DNA of 64,000 nt from Eutreptiella sp. 'Long Island Sound 2002' (lineage: Eukaryota > Protista > Euglenida). The DNA is taken from the NCBI GenBank assembly GCA_964036045.1, contig OZ038378.1, positions 136,462,001 to 136,526,000 of the forward strand, in the 5' to 3' direction. A program made the position numbers and the translations under genes. The notes beneath the pieces were generated by a model. The model made no database searches. It worked only from the letters and a program-made list of their open reading frames with translations, and had not been told where the DNA came from. The first letter of the stretch is position 1. Every line of letters begins with the position of its first letter. This document shows positions 59,846-64,000 of this stretch, piece by piece.

Positions 59846-61499
59846 CCATTGTGCTTACATGTCGGCCACATTTTTGTTTCCTCCCCGATGTGGGGATCCT
59901 CCACGACACAAGGGTTACTTAGCCACTTTGCCCACATGTGGGCCACGTTTTAAATTACTCCCCAATATGGGGACCCCGAGACAATAGGGGTTATGTAGCC
60001 ACTCTGCTCACAAGTGGGCCACATTTTTGTTTCCTCGCCGATATGGGGACCTCCAAGACAACAGGGTTATGTAGCCATTTCGCCCACATGTTGGTCACGC
60101 TTTTGTTTCCTCCCCAATGTGGGGACCACCAAGACAACAGAGGCTGTGCACGCGCTTTGCCCACATGTGGGCCACGTTTCGATTTGGTCCCCGTGTAGAT
60201 GTACTCTGCTCACATGTGGGCCACATTTTTGTTTCCTTTCTGATATGGGGACCCCCAAGACAACAGGGGTTATGTAGCCACGTTGCCCACATGTGGGCCA
60301 CATTTTTATGTTGCTCCCCATGTGGGGACCCTCAAGAACATGAACACAATTGATTGCAAAAAATGTGCATTGGCGGGAGATGAAAAAAGGAGTCCGGCAT
60401 AGTGCTGCGTAGAAAGGGCAACCATGAGGTTGTGGAGTGAACGAGGCACAATGTAGGCAAGAGTTATAAGATCCCCGTTGCGACGATGTTTTCCACAAGC
60501 ATGTGCACCCTTACGAGGCCTTGGTGGTCCAGGAAGTTGGCCGAAAGACGTTCGCATAAGGAGTATACCCCCAATGTCATGGCTGGAGGGACACAGCATG
60601 CTTGTCACACTGGATGAACATGCCCGTGTGTCACCAATGAGCATATAGTTGGGCGCGTGATGGCTGACATGGTTGTGATCAAAACTATACTCCCGGGCAA
60701 TGAACTTTGCAACATGTGGGCTGATTTTGGTTTCCTCCCCAATGTGGGGTCCCAAGAAAGCAGTGGTGATGTAGCCAATTTGCCCACCTCCTCGATGACA
60801 CAGCGTATGTAGCCATTGTGCTTACATGTCGGCCACATTTTTGTTTCCTCCCCGATATGGGGACCCCCAAGACACAAGGGTTACGTAGCCAATTTGCCCC
60901 AATTTGGGGACCCTTGAGACAGCAGGGGTTATGTAGCCACTGTGCTCACGTGTGGGCCACGTTTTGTTTCCTCCCCGATATGGGGACCCCCAAGACGACA
61001 GGGGTTATGTAGCCATTCCGCCCACATGTTGGTCAAGCTTTTGTTTCTTGCCCGATGTGGGGACCGCCAGAACAACAAAGGTTACGAACCTGCTTTGCCC
61101 ACATGTGGGCCACGTTTTGATTTAGTCCCCAATATGGGGACCCCCAAGACAGCAGGGGTTATGCAGCCAATCTGCTCACATGTGGGCCACATTGTTGTTT
61201 TCCCTCCGATATGGGGACCCCCAAGACAACAGGGGTTATGTAGCCACATTGCCCACATGTGGGCCACATTTTTATGTTGCTCCCCATGTGGGCACCCCCA
61301 AGAACGTGAACACAATGGGATGCAAAAAAGGTGCATTGGCGGGAGATGAAAAAAGGAGTCCAGCGTAGTGCTGCATAGAAAGGGCAATGATGAGGTTGTG
61401 GAGTGAACGAAGCACAATCTAGGCAAGAGTTATAAGATCCTTGTTGCGACGATGTTTTCCACAATCATGTGCACCCTTACGAGGCCTTGGTGGTCAAGG

Positions 61500-63200
61500 A
61501 AGTTGGCCGAAAGACGTTCGCATAAGGAGTATACCCCCAATGTCGTGGGTGGAGGGACACAGCATGCTTGTCACACTGGATGAACGTGTCCGTGTGTCAC
61601 CATCGAGCATATGGTTGGGCGTGTGATGGGTGACATGGCTGTGATCAAAACTATACCCCTATGCACTGAACTTTGCAACATGTGGGCCAATTTTGGTTTC
61701 CTCCACAATGTGGGGTCCCAAGAAAGAAGTGGTGATGCACTCAATTTCCCCATCTTTTTACTCCTTGCTTACGTAGCCATTTCACTTACATGTCGGCCAC
61801 ATTTTTGTTTCCTCCCCGGTGTGGGGACCCCCCAAGACAGCACGGAGTATGTAGCCATGTTGCCCACATGTTGGTCGGGCTTTTGTTTACTCCCTGATGT
61901 GGGGACCGCCAAGACAACAGACGTTATGCACCCGCTTTGCCCACATGTGGGCCACGTTTTGATTTAGTCCCCGATATGGGGACCCCCAAGATGGCAGGGG
62001 TTATGTAACCACTCTGCTCACATGTTGGTCAGCTTTTGTTTCTTGCCCGATGTGAGGCCTTGGGGGTCAAGGAAGTTGGCCGAAAGACGTTCGCATAAGG
62101 AGTATACCCCCAATGTCGTGGGTGGAGGGACACAGCATGCTTGTCACACTGGGTGAACGTGTCCGTGCGTCACCAATGAGCATATGGTTGGGCGTGTGAT
62201 GGCTGACATGGCTGTGATCAAAACTATACCCCTATGCACTGAACTTTGCAACATGTGGGCCAATTTTGGTTTCCTCCACAATGTGGGGTCCCAAGAAAGA
62301 AGTGGTGATGCACTCAATTTCCCCATCTTTTTACTCCTTGCTTACGTAGCCATTTTACTTACATGTCGGCCACATTTTTGTTTCCTCCCCGGTGTGGGGA
62401 CCCCCCAAGACAGCACGGAGTATGTAGCCATGTTGCCCACATGTTGGTCGGGCTTTTGTTTACTCCCTGATGTGGGGACCGCCAAGACAACAGACGTTAT
62501 GCACCCGCTTTGCCCACATGTGGGCCACGTTTTGATTTAGTCCCCGATATGGGGACCCCCAAGATGGCAGGGGTTATGTAACCACTCTGCTCACATGTTG
62601 GTCAGCTTTTGTTTCTTGCCCGATGTGAGGCCTTGGGGGTCAAGGAAGTTGGCCGAAAGACGTTCGCATAAGGAGTATACCCCCAATGTCGTGGGTGGAG
62701 GGACACAGCATGCTTGTCACACTGGGTGAACGTGTCCGTGCGTCACCAATGAGCATATGGTTGGGCGTGTGATGGCTGACATGGCTGTGATCAAAACTAT
62801 ACCCCTATGCACTGAACTTTGCAACATGTGGGCCAATTTTGGTTTCCTCCACAATGTGGGGTCCCAAGAAAGAAGTGGTGATGCACTCAATTTCCCCATC
62901 TTTTTACTCCTTGCTTACGTAGCCATTTTACTTACATGTCGGCCACATTTTTGTTTCCTCCCCGATATGGGGACCCCCCAAGACAGCACGGAGTATGTAG
63001 CCATGTTGCCCACATGTTGGCCTGGCTTTTGTTTACTCCCTGATGTGGGGACCGCCAAGACAACAGACGTTATGCACCCGCTTTGCCCACATGTGGGCCA
63101 CGTTTTGATTTAGTCCCCGATATGGGGACCCCCAAGATGGCAGGGGTTATGTAACCACTCGGCTCACATGTTGGTCAGCTTTTGTTTCTTGCCCGATGTG
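61500..63200. repeat. 573-bp higher-order repeat, about 3 copies
   Basis: Near-identical ORFs at 61611, 62184 and 62757 (period 573). Confidence 0.92.
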
Positions 63201-64000
63201 GGGACCGCGGAGACAACAGAGGTCATGCACCTGCATGCCCACATGTGGGCCACGCTTTCATTTAGTCCCCGATATGGGGTCCCACAAGATGGCAGGGGTT
63301 ATGTAGCCACTCTGCTCACATGTGGGCCACATTTTTGTTTCCTCCCCGATATGGGGACCCCCAAGACAGCAAGGATTATGTAGCCACGTTGCCCGCATGT
63401 TGGTCAGGATTTTGTTTCTTGCCCGATGTGGGGACCGCCAAGACAACAGAGGTTATGCACCTGCATGCCCACATGTGGGCCACGCTTTGATTTAGTCCCC
63501 GATATGGGGACCCACAAGATGGTAGGGGTTATGTACCCACTCTGCTCACATGTGGGCCACATTTTGTTTCCTCCCTGATATGGGGACCCCCAAGACACCA
63601 GTGGTTATGTAGCCACGTGGCTCACACTTTTTTTTTGTCCCCCCATGCGGGGGGCCCCAAGACAGCAGGGGTTATGTTGCCACTTTGCCCACGTACGGGC
63701 CACATTCCTCACCGATGTGGCGGCCGCCAAGATGGATTCTTTATTTCCTTCCCGATGTGGGAACCCCTGAGACAACACGGGTTATGTGGCCAGGGCGCCA
63801 CATGTGGGCCACATTTTTTATTTCCTCCCCGATGTGGGAACCCCCGCGACACGAAGGGTTATGTAGCCACCTTGCCCACTTGTGGGCCACCTCTCATGCT
63901 GCCTTGTGGTCTGAAGCGTTGGGGACCCCCCACACAGCAGGGGTTATGTAGCCACCTTGCCCACTTGTGGGCCACTTTTGATGCTGCCCCCCGCTCCAAA

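Larger units (their letters stand above)
30250..64000 (+). mobile_element. Putative giant Helitron-like element (boundaries not determined)
   Basis: RepHel core plus co-oriented accessory genes; an RPA-like gene is a known Helitron accessory; a paralogous gene pair flanks the core; the genes are intron-poor compared with the host kinase. Confidence 0.6.
56240..64000. repeat. About 76-bp satellite containing the palindrome GCCCACATGTGGGC, interrupted by genes and unique blocks; continues past the window end
   Basis: The consensus TGTGGGGACCCCCAAGACAGCAGGGGTTATGTAGCCACTTTGCCCACATGTGGGCCACATTTTTGTTTCCTCCCCGA recurs dozens of times. Confidence 0.93.

Overview
Eukaryotic genomic DNA. The left end holds a host CaMK-family kinase gene with five GT-AG introns (minus strand, running off the window). 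Next come a 1.8-kb TIR/TSD element, a pogo-like transposase remnant, and about 25 kb of tandem arrays built on hairpins or inverted repeats (730-bp, 305-bp and 28-bp units). From about 30 kb to the right edge lies a set of co-oriented (+ strand), mostly intron-free genes that I interpret as one giant Helitron-like rolling-circle element. Its core is a 3388-aa ORF: hydrophobic region, three CCCH fingers, a catalytically dead USP-like domain, HUH Y2 Rep, PIF1-type helicase and a C-terminal SLX1-like GIY-YIG nuclease. Around it are an RPA70-like OB-fold/USP protease fusion with an apparently intact triad, two paralogous F-box/nucleotidyltransferase-fold genes and a GRF zinc-finger gene. The last two genes sit inside a 76-bp palindromic satellite. 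All domain calls come from motif recognition by eye; no database search was run. Element termini were not identified and array boundaries are approximate.
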